Source: an uncultured Chloroflexia bacterium (lineage in GTDB: Bacteria; Chloroflexota; Dehalococcoidia; SM23-28-2; RBG-16-64-32). From it: a stretch of 64,000 bases of DNA. The notes beneath the pieces were generated by a model. The model made no database searches, had not been told where the DNA came from, and worked only from the letters and a program-made list of their open reading frames with translations. Position numbers and translations under genes: made by a program. This document shows, piece after piece, positions 55,213 to 63,678 of this stretch; position 1 is the stretch's first letter; every line of letters starts with the position of its first letter. The DNA lies in assembly GCA_963738925.1 (NCBI GenBank), contig CAVTYE010000001.1:192609-256608 (forward strand). Reading direction: 5' to 3'.

Positions 55213-55845
55213 CTACTTCGCTGAGCCGGAGCGCGCTTTCAGGTAGTACGTCATCCCCTGCAGCGACAGCACCGGGTCGATGCGCTTGATCTGCACGCCT
55301 CGCGGCACGTGCGCGGCTATCGGCGCGTAGTTCAGGATCGCGTGGACGCCGCACTTGACCAGCCGGTCGATCACGTCCTGCGCCATCTCCGCCGGCACCG
55401 CCACCACGCCGATGTCGACCGAGCCCTCGGTGAGGAACTTCTCGATGTCCGCGGTGTCATGCACGGTCATCCCGGCGAACTCCTTGCCAATCATCGAGGG
55501 GTCGGAGTCGAACGCCTCGACGATGCGGAACCCCTGCGGCCCGAAGCCTTCGTAGCCCAGGATCGCGCGGCCCAGCCGGCCGATGCCCACCAGCGCCATC
55601 CGCCACTGCCGGTTCAGGCCGAGGATCCGGCGCAGCTCGTCCAGCAGCTTGCGTACGTTGTAGCCGCGGCCCTGCTTGCCGAAGCGCCCGAAGTAGCTCA
55701 GGTCCTTGCGGATCTGCGCCGGCGTCACGTTCAACTGGTGGCCCAGCTCCTGCGAGCTCACGACTTCGCGACCCTGCGACTCCAGCGAGGCGAGCGCGCG
55801 GGCGTAGAGCGGCAGACGGTCGATGACTACAGGCGGAATTTCCAT
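55213..55845 (-). CDS. rex: redox-sensing transcriptional repressor Rex
   Basis: LPLYARALASLESQGREVVSSQELG..L.VTPAQIRKDLSYFGRFGKQGRGYNV...VGIGRLGRAIL (NADH Rossmann fold). Confidence 0.9.
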   Translation of the reverse strand: MEIPPVVIDRLPLYARALASLESQGREVVSSQELGHQLNVTPAQIRKDLSYFGRFGKQGRGYNVRKLLDELRRILGLNRQWRMALVGIGRLGRAILGYEGFGPQGFRIVEAFDSDPSMIGKEFAGMTVHDTADIEKFLTEGSVDIGVVAVPAEMAQDVIDRLVKCGVHAILNYAPIAAHVPRGVQIKRIDPVLSLQGMTYYLKARSGSAK

Positions 55846-55935
55846 CTAGTTAACGATTAAATCTATAAATCACATCGGGTCTGATAGATAACACTACAAA
55901 CAAATAAACCACCCCCTGAGGCCCCGGTCAAGACT

Positions 55936-55953
55936 TTGTGAGCGCCGTTACAA
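55936..55953. promoter_or_regulatory. candidate Rex operator TTGTGAgcgccgTTACAA in the rex / AAA-ATPase divergent intergenic region
   Basis: Matches TTGTGA-N6-TCACAA with one mismatch in the right half-site. It sits in an AT-rich 215-nt divergent promoter region next to the rex gene. Confidence 0.45.
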
Positions 55954-56060
55954 TCGCTAGCCGGGACAGATACAGGTAACGAGTGGAGAAGCTACGGCGT
56001 CTACTTTCCCAGAGGCCCGAGCCAGAGCGGGTCCATATTCTGTTCGCAACGAGGTACAAG

Positions 56061-57622
56061 ATGGAACGCGACCGAGACACTTCCGAAGGCCTTTTCGGCA
56101 CATTTGACGGCCCAAACGACCCCGGTTCCGAAGACACAGAATACACGCCCTCGTCTCCCACCGAAGTACCTTCGTTCTTCAGTCGCGAGGCGCCGGCGCC
56201 ATCCACCGCTCCGCCCGTCGATCCCGGCCAGCCAACGGACTCCATGTCAGCGTTCATCACCAAGACGATGGCCGCCGTCACCGACCAGGACGAGCCGCTG
56301 AACGACGACAACCTGCTGCCGCCGGCGCCGCGAACTTCTCCGAAGTCGGTCTCTCCAAGGCCTTCCTGACCGACCTCACGCTGAAGATCCTGCACTACTC
56401 CGGCACACCCTCCATGTCCCAGCTGACCCGGCGTCTCGGCCTATCCAACGAAATCGTGGCCCAGCTGCTCAGCGCCCTCACCGAGGAACGCCTGGTGGAG
56501 ATCCTGAGCCAGTCCGACCTCTTCACCGGCAACTACCGCTACCGCCTGTCTGAGCGCGGCCAGACCCGCGTCAACGAGGCGCTGGAGCGCAGCCGCTACG
56601 CGGGCCCCGCACCCGTCACCGCCGAGCAGTACAACGCCGTCATCAAGCGCCTCCTGGACCACCAGCAGGACACCAGCACCCGCGCCCGGATCAAGGGGAT
56701 CCTCCACGACCTGGTTCTCGATTCGGCGGTCAGCGACTCGCTGGCACGCGCGCTGTTCTCCGGCAAGTCGGCGATCATCTACGGCCCTTCCGGGAACGGC
56801 AAGACCGTGCTCCTGGAACGCTACGCCGAGGATATGGGCGGATTCTCCGTCGTCCCCTACGCCATCTACGCCTACGGACAGGTGATCCGAGTCTACGACC
56901 AGTCGATCCACGAGGCGGTGGAGACGTTTGACGACGAGAACATCCAGAAGGACGAGTCCAAGCGCGACCGGCGCTGGGTCATCGTCAAGCGGCCGGCCAT
57001 CGTCCTGGGCGCGGAGATGGACCGCGAGGCCCTGGACCTGGGCTATGACCCGGCGGCGCGCTTCTACCAGGCGCCCCCGCACATCAAGGCTCAGAACGGC
57101 GCACTGATCATCGACGACTTCGGCCGTCAGCAGATCCCGACGCGCGACCTGCTGACCCGCTGGCTTATTCCGATGGAGCGCGGCTGGGACAGCCTGACCC
57201 TGGTCACCGGAGAGAAGCTGGTGGTGCCGTTCAAGGTACAGCTGCTCTTCTCCACCAACATGCGAGTCAGGGACCTGGCCGACGACGCCCTTCTGCGCCG
57301 GATCCTCTACAAGGTTAGCCTGCCCAACCCGAACCGCGAGAACTTCGCCGAGATCCTGAGGCAGGCCTGCCGCCAGCGCAAAGTGCGCGTGGAAGACGGC
57401 GTCCTCGAATACGTCGTCGACAAGATGTACAAGCGCGGATCGGTGCAGGCGCGCGGCTCCTACGCCCGCGACCTCCTGGACATCCTCATCGAGAGCGCGT
57501 CTTACGATGGTCACGAGCCGGTCCTGGACCGCGAGTCGTTCGACCGCGTCTACGAGCTCTTCGTCATGCACGAACAGACCGGCGAGGAGCAAGAAGTCGA
57601 GTTCGAGGAGCACACGATCTAG
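56061..57622 (+). pseudogene. AAA+ ATPase with a disordered acidic/Pro-rich N-terminus and a winged-helix-like segment; frame broken by a 1-nt indel near 56320-56335
   Basis: Frame 1 (from ATG 56061 after GAGG): MERDRDTSEGLFGTFDGPNDPGSEDTEY...DDNLLPPAP. Frame 2 is open upstream of the track's ATG 56414 and reads ANFSEVGLSKAFLTDLTLKILHYSGTPSMSQLTRRLGLSNEIVAQLL, with no start codon of its own. Walker A IIYGPSGNGKT, Walker B ALIIDDFGRQ, and LLFSTNMR...ALLRRILYKV. Length is 1562 nt, which is 3n+2. Confidence 0.7.
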
Positions 57623-57642
57623 GCTGGTCCGGCCGCCGCGCC

Positions 57643-58509
57643 TTATAGCCCCCCGGCAAACTCCGCGATAAGCTCCGCCAGCTCCTCCGGGTGCTGCAGC
57701 GGCACATCGTGAATGCTGTCCATCATCGGCCGCACCTGGATATCCGGGCGTGCCGCGCGGAGCGCCGCCAGCCCCTGCTCCCGATAGTCCTGCCAGCGTC
57801 GCTCGGTCTCGCTGCCGCCTTCCCGCATGGCCGGGATGATCAGCACCGGCGCCGCGACCTTCGGAAACAGCTCGCTCGGCTTCTGATCGTAGATCGCCCG
57901 CGCGATCTTCATGTGGTTTGGGATGCTCAGCGGGCGATAGATCTTGCCGTCGCGCACCTCGAAGTTGGCCAGGACCATCTCCTCTATCTGCGGCGTCAAG
58001 ATGTCCTTGAGCTGCGGCCAGGCCTTCATGAAGCTGAGGAAGCGCTCCACCGGCGTCCCGTCGATGTCCGGCGGGCGCATGTCCTCCGCGGCCTTCTCCC
58101 AGGTCGAGTCGTTGGAGCGCTCGATGAACCCGCCGTCGACGAGCACGATGCCGCGCACCGAGTCCGGGTAGTCCGCCGCGAGCTGCAGTGCGACGTTGGC
58201 GCCCCACGAATGCCCAACGACGACCGGCCGCTCCAGGTCAAGCGCGTCTATCAGCGCGGCGACGTCCGCAGTCGTGTCATCGAAGCCGTAGCCGTCTTCC
58301 GGCCGGTCGCTCAGGCCGTGGCTGCGCTGGTTGGCGGCAACGACATGGAACGGTGGCGCCAGGCGCGGCGCGGTCAGGTCCCAGATCCTCGCCGAGGAGC
58401 TGAGCCCGTGCAGCAGGAGGACAGGGTCGCCGTCTCCAGGCCAGTCGCGGACGTGCAGGCGCAGGCCGCGCCCCGGCAGCTCAACCTTGAGGTCGGCGGG
58501 AGTGGTCAG
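57643..58509 (-). CDS. alpha/beta hydrolase; no canonical start codon found for the N-terminal half
   Basis: The frame is open from the in-frame TGA at 58527-58525. Own translation: (L)TTPADLKVELPGRGLRLHVRDWPGDGDPVLLLHGLSSSARIWD...VVVGHSWGANVAL (nucleophile elbow)...VRGIVLVDGG. The ORF track lists only the GTG-initiated C-terminal half (57643..58158). The only candidate start at the N-terminus is CTG 58509. Confidence 0.65.
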   Translation of the reverse strand: MTTPADLKVELPGRGLRLHVRDWPGDGDPVLLLHGLSSSARIWDLTAPRLAPPFHVVAANQRSHGLSDRPEDGYGFDDTTADVAALIDALDLERPVVVGHSWGANVALQLAADYPDSVRGIVLVDGGFIERSNDSTWEKAAEDMRPPDIDGTPVERFLSFMKAWPQLKDILTPQIEEMVLANFEVRDGKIYRPLSIPNHMKIARAIYDQKPSELFPKVAAPVLIIPAMREGGSETERRWQDYREQGLAALRAARPDIQVRPMMDSIHDVPLQHPEELAELIAEFAGGL

Positions 58510-58513
58510 CGCC

Positions 58514-59543
58514 TTACGCCTTCTTCAGCTCCTGGACGATGAAGGCCAGCCGCTCGTGGTCCTCCGGCGTGCGGATGCCGAAGCCGAAGTCGAGCGTGGT
58601 CACGACACCGCCGAAGCGCTGCTTGATCTTCGGCACGAGCTGATCGTACGTCCCGATGATCGCGAACTCCTCCAGCATCTCGTCGGTGATCGCCTTTGCC
58701 ATCTCCGGCCACTTGCCTTCCATGGAGAGGCGGAACAGCTGTCTGCCCGGCGTCCTGCCAGCCGTGGACCTCCAGCACCGGGTGGTAGGCCCGCGTGGAG
58801 GCGTAGAAGGACAGCTGCTGGCGGACCGGGGCCTTGGCGCGCTCCACCTCCTCCTCGTTCTTGCCGGTGATGATGAAGCTGCCGCCGACGATGTCGATGT
58901 CCGAGAGCTTGCGGCCCGCCTTCCTGGCGCCTGCCTCGATCTCCGGCAGGATCACTTCTTTGGTGTACTTGGTCGTGTTGAAGCCGTGCATGCGGATGCC
59001 GTCGCAGACCTCACCAACGAGGCGGCAGTTGTAGCGGTTGACGGCGGAGATGTAGATCGGGACGTGGCCGTCGGCGTTGGGGCCGGGGTTGAAGAACGGC
59101 GCGATCAGGTTGAACTGGTAGTGCGGGCCGGTGTGAAACGTCGGCCTGGAGCCGGCTTCCTGGAACGTCTTGAAGATCGCCTTCATGGTCAGGATGTAGT
59201 CCTTGAAGCGCGGCCCCGGCGGCGAAGGCCAGGGCGTGGAGTAGCGGCGCTCGTTGTGGCCCTTGACCTGCGTGCCCAGGCCCAGGATGAAGCGCCCGCC
59301 GGAGAACCGCTGCAGGTCCCAGGCCAGCTGCGCCGTCACCATCGGGCTGCGCGGAAAGGCGATCGCCACCGCCGTGCCGAACTTCATCTTCTGAGTGTGC
59401 TCCGCGACGACTGTGAGCGGCAGGAACGGGTCGTGCCCGGCCTCCGGCGTGACCACGGAGTCGTAGCCGATCTCTTCCAGGCGACGGGCCTGCTCGGCGT
59501 ACGCAACAAGGTTCTGGGCGAGGATAGTCGTCTCGACTTGCAT
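58514..59543 (-). pseudogene. LLM-class (luciferase-like, probably F420-dependent) oxidoreductase; frame broken by a 1-nt indel near 58742-58745
   Basis: From ATG 59543: MQVETTILAQNL...GRFILGLGTQVKGHNERRY...VLEVHGWQDAG, then nonsense. The second frame continues QLFRLSMEGKWPEMAKAITDEMLEEFAIIGTYDQLVPKIKQRFGG (ORF 58514..58723). Length is 1030 nt, which is 3n+1. Confidence 0.8.
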
Positions 59544-59706
59544 GGCGTTCCTTTCCGGTTCCTGCGTGCGCACCGAAGTCTATTTGTTGATATCCGGGGT
59601 GTAAAGACGCGCCCGCCCGCCGCGATGCGGAATAATGCCGGCAGTGAGACCTCTCCGCGCCAACGGGAGCAGCCGCCGGATGCCAGCGCGCAAGGGGCGT
59701 TAACCA

Positions 59707-60777
59707 GTGCGCCTGGAGGTCTCCTATCGGGCGATTATAGTCATCGCCCTGCTGGCCCTGGCGATCATCCTCTTCGCCCGCCTCTGGCCGATCATCGTCA
59801 TCGTCCTCACCTCGTTCATCTTCATGACGGCGCTGCTGCCGTACGTGGAGTGGCTTACCGCGCACAAGATCCCACGCATCGCCTCGGTGCTGGTCGTGAT
59901 GCTGACGATCCTGGCTATCCTGGCCGGCATCGCCGGGCTGGTCGGCACCGCGTCCGTCAACGAGTTCCAGAACGTGCGCGACAACCTGCCGGAGAACGCC
60001 AAGGACGCCGAGGACCTGCTGGACAAGTTCGGCATTCACGTTGAGCTGCAAGAGCGCGCCCGCAACATCAACTGGAACCGCATCATCTCCGGCGACGCCG
60101 CCATCAACTACGGCCAGCGCGCCGTCACGATCGTCTTCGGGCTGATCACGGTCTACGTGCTGACGGCGTACCTTCTAGCCGACACGCCGCGGATGAACCG
60201 CTTTCTCTACCAGTTCGTGCCGCCGGGCCGCGAGCCGGAGGTCGAACGCTGGCTGCAGTCTCTGCGCACGGTTGTCGGCGGCTACATTCGCGGCCAGGTG
60301 ATCACCAGCGCCGTGATCTCAGTGTTCACCTTCGTCGTGTTGACCGCCGTCGGCGTGCCGAACGCGGCAGCCTTCGCCGTGCTCGCCGGCTTCGTCGATA
60401 TCATCCCGATCGTCGGCGCGGTCATCGCAGTCGTCATGCCGACGCTGGCCGCTTTCCAGGAATCGACCACGCAGGCGATAATTGTCCTAGTCCTGCTCCT
60501 CCTCTACCAGCAGTTCGAGGACCGCCTGCTGACCCCGCGCGTCTACGGCCAGACGCTGAACCTGCCGCCGGTCATCGTGCTGGTGGCGGTGCTGATCGGC
60601 GGCCAGCTGTTCGGCATCCCGGGCGTCCTGCTGGCGCTTCCGGCGGCCGCGGTGGCCAGGGTTGCGCTGGACTACTACCTGGAGCAGCGGCGCAGGTTCA
60701 CTTTCGAGACGGCGCGCGTTGCCACGGACGAGATCGGCGCGCCGGACAGGCGAGGCGAGGACCAGGCGAAAGGATGA
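59707..60777 (+). CDS. AI-2E family transporter (PerM/UPF0118)
   Basis: 356 aa, about 8 TM, with FVDIIPIVGAVIAVVMPTLAA...GGQLFGIPGVLLALPAAAV. Confidence 0.85.
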   Translation: MRLEVSYRAIIVIALLALAIILFARLWPIIVIVLTSFIFMTALLPYVEWLTAHKIPRIASVLVVMLTILAILAGIAGLVGTASVNEFQNVRDNLPENAKDAEDLLDKFGIHVELQERARNINWNRIISGDAAINYGQRAVTIVFGLITVYVLTAYLLADTPRMNRFLYQFVPPGREPEVERWLQSLRTVVGGYIRGQVITSAVISVFTFVVLTAVGVPNAAAFAVLAGFVDIIPIVGAVIAVVMPTLAAFQESTTQAIIVLVLLLLYQQFEDRLLTPRVYGQTLNLPPVIVLVAVLIGGQLFGIPGVLLALPAAAVARVALDYYLEQRRRFTFETARVATDEIGAPDRRGEDQAKG

Positions 60778-61001
60778 CCATGCCATCAGAGCGCGGCGTA
60801 GGCAAATGCGAGAACAACCACACCGGTTCCTTCGGCTATCCGACGCGGCCGGTCAAGCCGTACCCGTTTTGCTCCAAGTGCGGGCGGCCGATGGTCTGGG
60901 CCTGCGCCAAGTGCGAATCGGCGTTGCCGGACGACGCCACCGAGCTGCTGGAGGCCCGCTTCTGCCGCCACTGCGGCACGCCGTACTTCCAGGCCGCCTA
61001 A
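60774..61001 (+). CDS. double zinc-ribbon small protein
   Basis: 75 aa. ATGA overlap with the transporter stop. Cys pairs CENNH, CSKCG, CAKCE and CRHCG. Confidence 0.65.
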   Translation: MTMPSERGVGKCENNHTGSFGYPTRPVKPYPFCSKCGRPMVWACAKCESALPDDATELLEARFCRHCGTPYFQAA

Positions 61002-61333
61002 GCGGTCTTGCCGCGACGGCCGCCGAAGACGAGCCCGGCGCCGGTGGCCAGCAGGATCGTCGGCAGCGAGAGGATGATCGGCCAGCCGATGTCGCCGAGC
61101 ACGAATAATCCGAGAAAAGCGAGGGCCAGGCAGAGCGCCGTCTCAAACCGCAGCACGGCTTCGCGACGCCGGGGGCCCGGCAGCACGGAGTAGACGACAG
61201 CCGGCACAAACGTCAGCGTCAGCACCCCGAAGAGCACGGCAAGCCACCTGGAACTGTCCTTTGGATCGACCGTGGCGATGACCGTCAGCAGGCCAAAGGT
61301 GCCGGTGGCCCAGAGCCCGCCGGCGAGGCCCAT
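60998..61333 (-). CDS. small polytopic membrane protein
   Basis: ORF 60998..61558 trimmed to ATG 61333, because the longer form overlaps the acyl-CoA ligase 3' end and is Arg-rich. MGLAGGLWATGTFGLLTVIATV...; 3-4 TM helices. Confidence 0.6.
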   Translation of the reverse strand: MGLAGGLWATGTFGLLTVIATVDPKDSSRWLAVLFGVLTLTFVPAVVYSVLPGPRRREAVLRFETALCLALAFLGLFVLGDIGWPIILSLPTILLATGAGLVFGGRRGKTA

Positions 61334-61469
61334 ATACGAGATCCGCGCCCCGTCTGGTTCCGCCGGCGCCGAGCCGGCCTCGGCGACCGCCGGTGACTCC
61401 ACCGCGTCCGGGGCGACGGACGCCCTCCTCGCCCGGCGCGAGGTGCGTTCCCGGCGGGCGGCCTTTCGC

Positions 61470-63038
61470 CTAGGCGCCGCTCTTCGCCTCTCCGAACTGC
61501 TTGCGCAGGTCGGTCTTGAGCACCTTGCCCAGGTAGTTGCGCGGCAGCTCGTCGACAAACGTGTAGTACTTCGGGGCCTTGTAGCTGGCCAGCCGCTCCT
61601 TCACGAAGCCCGTCAGCTCTTCCTCCGTGACCTTGGCCTTCGGCTTCTTGACGACGACCGCCTTCACCTCTTCACCCCACTCCACGTCCGGCACGCCGAT
61701 CACGGCGGCGTCTTCCACCGCCGGATGCTGCTGGAGCACCGCCTCGATTTCACCCGGCGCGATGTTCTCGCCGCCGCGAATGATCAGGTCTTTTGTGCGG
61801 CCCGTGATGTAGAGATAGCCCTCGTCGTCCATCCAGCCGACGTCGCCGGTATGCAGCCAGCCGCCGTGGATCGCCGCCGAGGTGTCTTCGTCGCGGTTGA
61901 GGTAACCCGCCATGACGCGCGCACCCTGGGCCACGATCTCGCCTTCCTGGCCGGCCGGGACGAGCTTGCCTTCCGGGTCCATGATGCCGACCGTCACGTC
62001 GTCCATCGGTTTGCCTACAGAGCGCAACCGCTGCAGCTTCTTCTCGCGATCGGGTCCGTCCTTCGGGATCTTGTGCTCATCGGGGCCGAGGAACGTCAGC
62101 GAGGACGTGCTCTCCGTCTGGCCGTAGGCGTTCATCAGGCCGCAGGAGAACTTCTCCACGGCCTTTGTCACCACCTCGTAGGGCATCGGCGCGGCGCCGT
62201 AGGCCACCAGCTTGAGCGAGCTGAGATCGGTCTTGTCGAAGTCGGGATGCTCCATGATCCGCTTCAGCATCGTCGGCACGACGAAGCTGTGGGTGACCTT
62301 GTGCTCGGCCACGGCCTTCAGCCAGGCTCCCGGCTCGAACTGGGGCAGGATCACCATCTTGCGGCCGCCCCAGACCGCGGAGAGCATCGTCGTCGCCCCG
62401 GCCACGTGGTAGAACGGCACCGAGACCAGCAGCACATCGACGGACTCGGCGCCCGGGTCGGCCGGCTCCACGGTGTTCGTCACGTAGACGGACATGCCCA
62501 GGTTCGTGAGCATGACGCCCTTCGGCAGCGCCGTTGTGCCGCTGGTGTAGATGATGATCGTCGGGTCGTTGTCCTGGATGTCGGTGAAGATCTCTTCCGG
62601 CTCGTTCTGCTTGATCAGGTCGTCGTAGAACGCCTTGCCCTCACCGGTGGCGTCGATGCCGACGAGGTGCTGCACGGTCTCCAGGTCGGGGCGGATGCCG
62701 GCCGCCAGCTCAAAGTAGCGCTCGCTGACGAAGAGCACGGCGGCGGCGGAGTTGTTGCACATGTAGGTCAGCTCTTCGCGCTTGGCCCGGTAGTTCAGCG
62801 GCACGAAGACGCCGCCCAGCTTGGCCGTGGCGTAGTAGATCTCGACGTACTCCATCGAGTTGAGCGCCATCACCGCTACCTTGTCGCCGTGACCGACGCC
62901 GAGGCCCTGCAGCGCGTTGGCCAGCCGGTTGACGCGCTCCTGCATCTCCATGAAGTTGCGGGTCTTCTCTTCGCAGGCCATGGCCGTCCGCTCCGGAACG
63001 ATGGACGAGGCGATCATCAAGAATTCGGCTGTATTCAT
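61470..63038 (-). CDS. AMP-dependent acyl-CoA synthetase / long-chain fatty acid-CoA ligase
   Basis: 522 aa with IIYTSGTTALPKGVM (AMP-binding motif), GYLYITGRTKDLIIRGGENI and YKAPK. Confidence 0.9.
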   Translation of the reverse strand: MNTAEFLMIASSIVPERTAMACEEKTRNFMEMQERVNRLANALQGLGVGHGDKVAVMALNSMEYVEIYYATAKLGGVFVPLNYRAKREELTYMCNNSAAAVLFVSERYFELAAGIRPDLETVQHLVGIDATGEGKAFYDDLIKQNEPEEIFTDIQDNDPTIIIYTSGTTALPKGVMLTNLGMSVYVTNTVEPADPGAESVDVLLVSVPFYHVAGATTMLSAVWGGRKMVILPQFEPGAWLKAVAEHKVTHSFVVPTMLKRIMEHPDFDKTDLSSLKLVAYGAAPMPYEVVTKAVEKFSCGLMNAYGQTESTSSLTFLGPDEHKIPKDGPDREKKLQRLRSVGKPMDDVTVGIMDPEGKLVPAGQEGEIVAQGARVMAGYLNRDEDTSAAIHGGWLHTGDVGWMDDEGYLYITGRTKDLIIRGGENIAPGEIEAVLQQHPAVEDAAVIGVPDVEWGEEVKAVVVKKPKAKVTEEELTGFVKERLASYKAPKYYTFVDELPRNYLGKVLKTDLRKQFGEAKSGA

Positions 63039-63063
63039 CTGCTTCCCCTTCAGCGCGAGGCGG

Positions 63064-63669
63064 TTATCTATCGAGCCAGGCGAACGCCGTCAGCGGCGGG
63101 TCCCCTCCCATCGTTTGCCCGGCGACTGCGTAGCCGTACGACGCCAGCTCGGCTGCCACGTCGAGCGGCGGCGTCCCCCGTGAACGGCTGCCGTAGCTGC
63201 CGACGATGAGCCGCCCACCCGGCTCGACGAGGTGATTGAGCAGCTGTTCGACGTATTCGCGTAGCATCTCCGGCGGCACACAGTCCGACAGTGTGTAAAC
63301 GTACCTGAAACGACGCCCCGGACGCCAGTCCCAGCCGTTGGCGACGTGGAAATTCGCGGCGAAGCCGGGCAGCCGCCGCTGTGCCTCCGCAATCAGCCGC
63401 GGCCCGAGGTCGATCCCATGCGGGGCCAGGTGCACCCCCCGTTCGGCCGCCCAGGCGACCAAACACTCGGCCAGGTAGCCGTTGGCGCAGCCGATGTCCA
63501 GCAGGTCGCCGTCTCCGGCCACCGCCTCCAAAATCGCGCCGCGCTCTGCCCGCCATCGCTCGGAACCGCCGCCGAAGCCGGACTGGCGGATCGGATCGTC
63601 GTGCGCCAGGTAGGCCGGCTCCAGCGAGGCGACCCGGGCAAGGAAGTCCCGTGGCAGGTCAGGAGACAT
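63064..63669 (-). CDS. class I SAM-dependent methyltransferase
   Basis: LLDIGCANGYLAECL (motif I) and LVEPGGRLIVGSY. Confidence 0.8.
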   Translation of the reverse strand: MSPDLPRDFLARVASLEPAYLAHDDPIRQSGFGGGSERWRAERGAILEAVAGDGDLLDIGCANGYLAECLVAWAAERGVHLAPHGIDLGPRLIAEAQRRLPGFAANFHVANGWDWRPGRRFRYVYTLSDCVPPEMLREYVEQLLNHLVEPGGRLIVGSYGSRSRGTPPLDVAAELASYGYAVAGQTMGGDPPLTAFAWLDR

Positions 63670-63678
63670 GGGCCGGTG

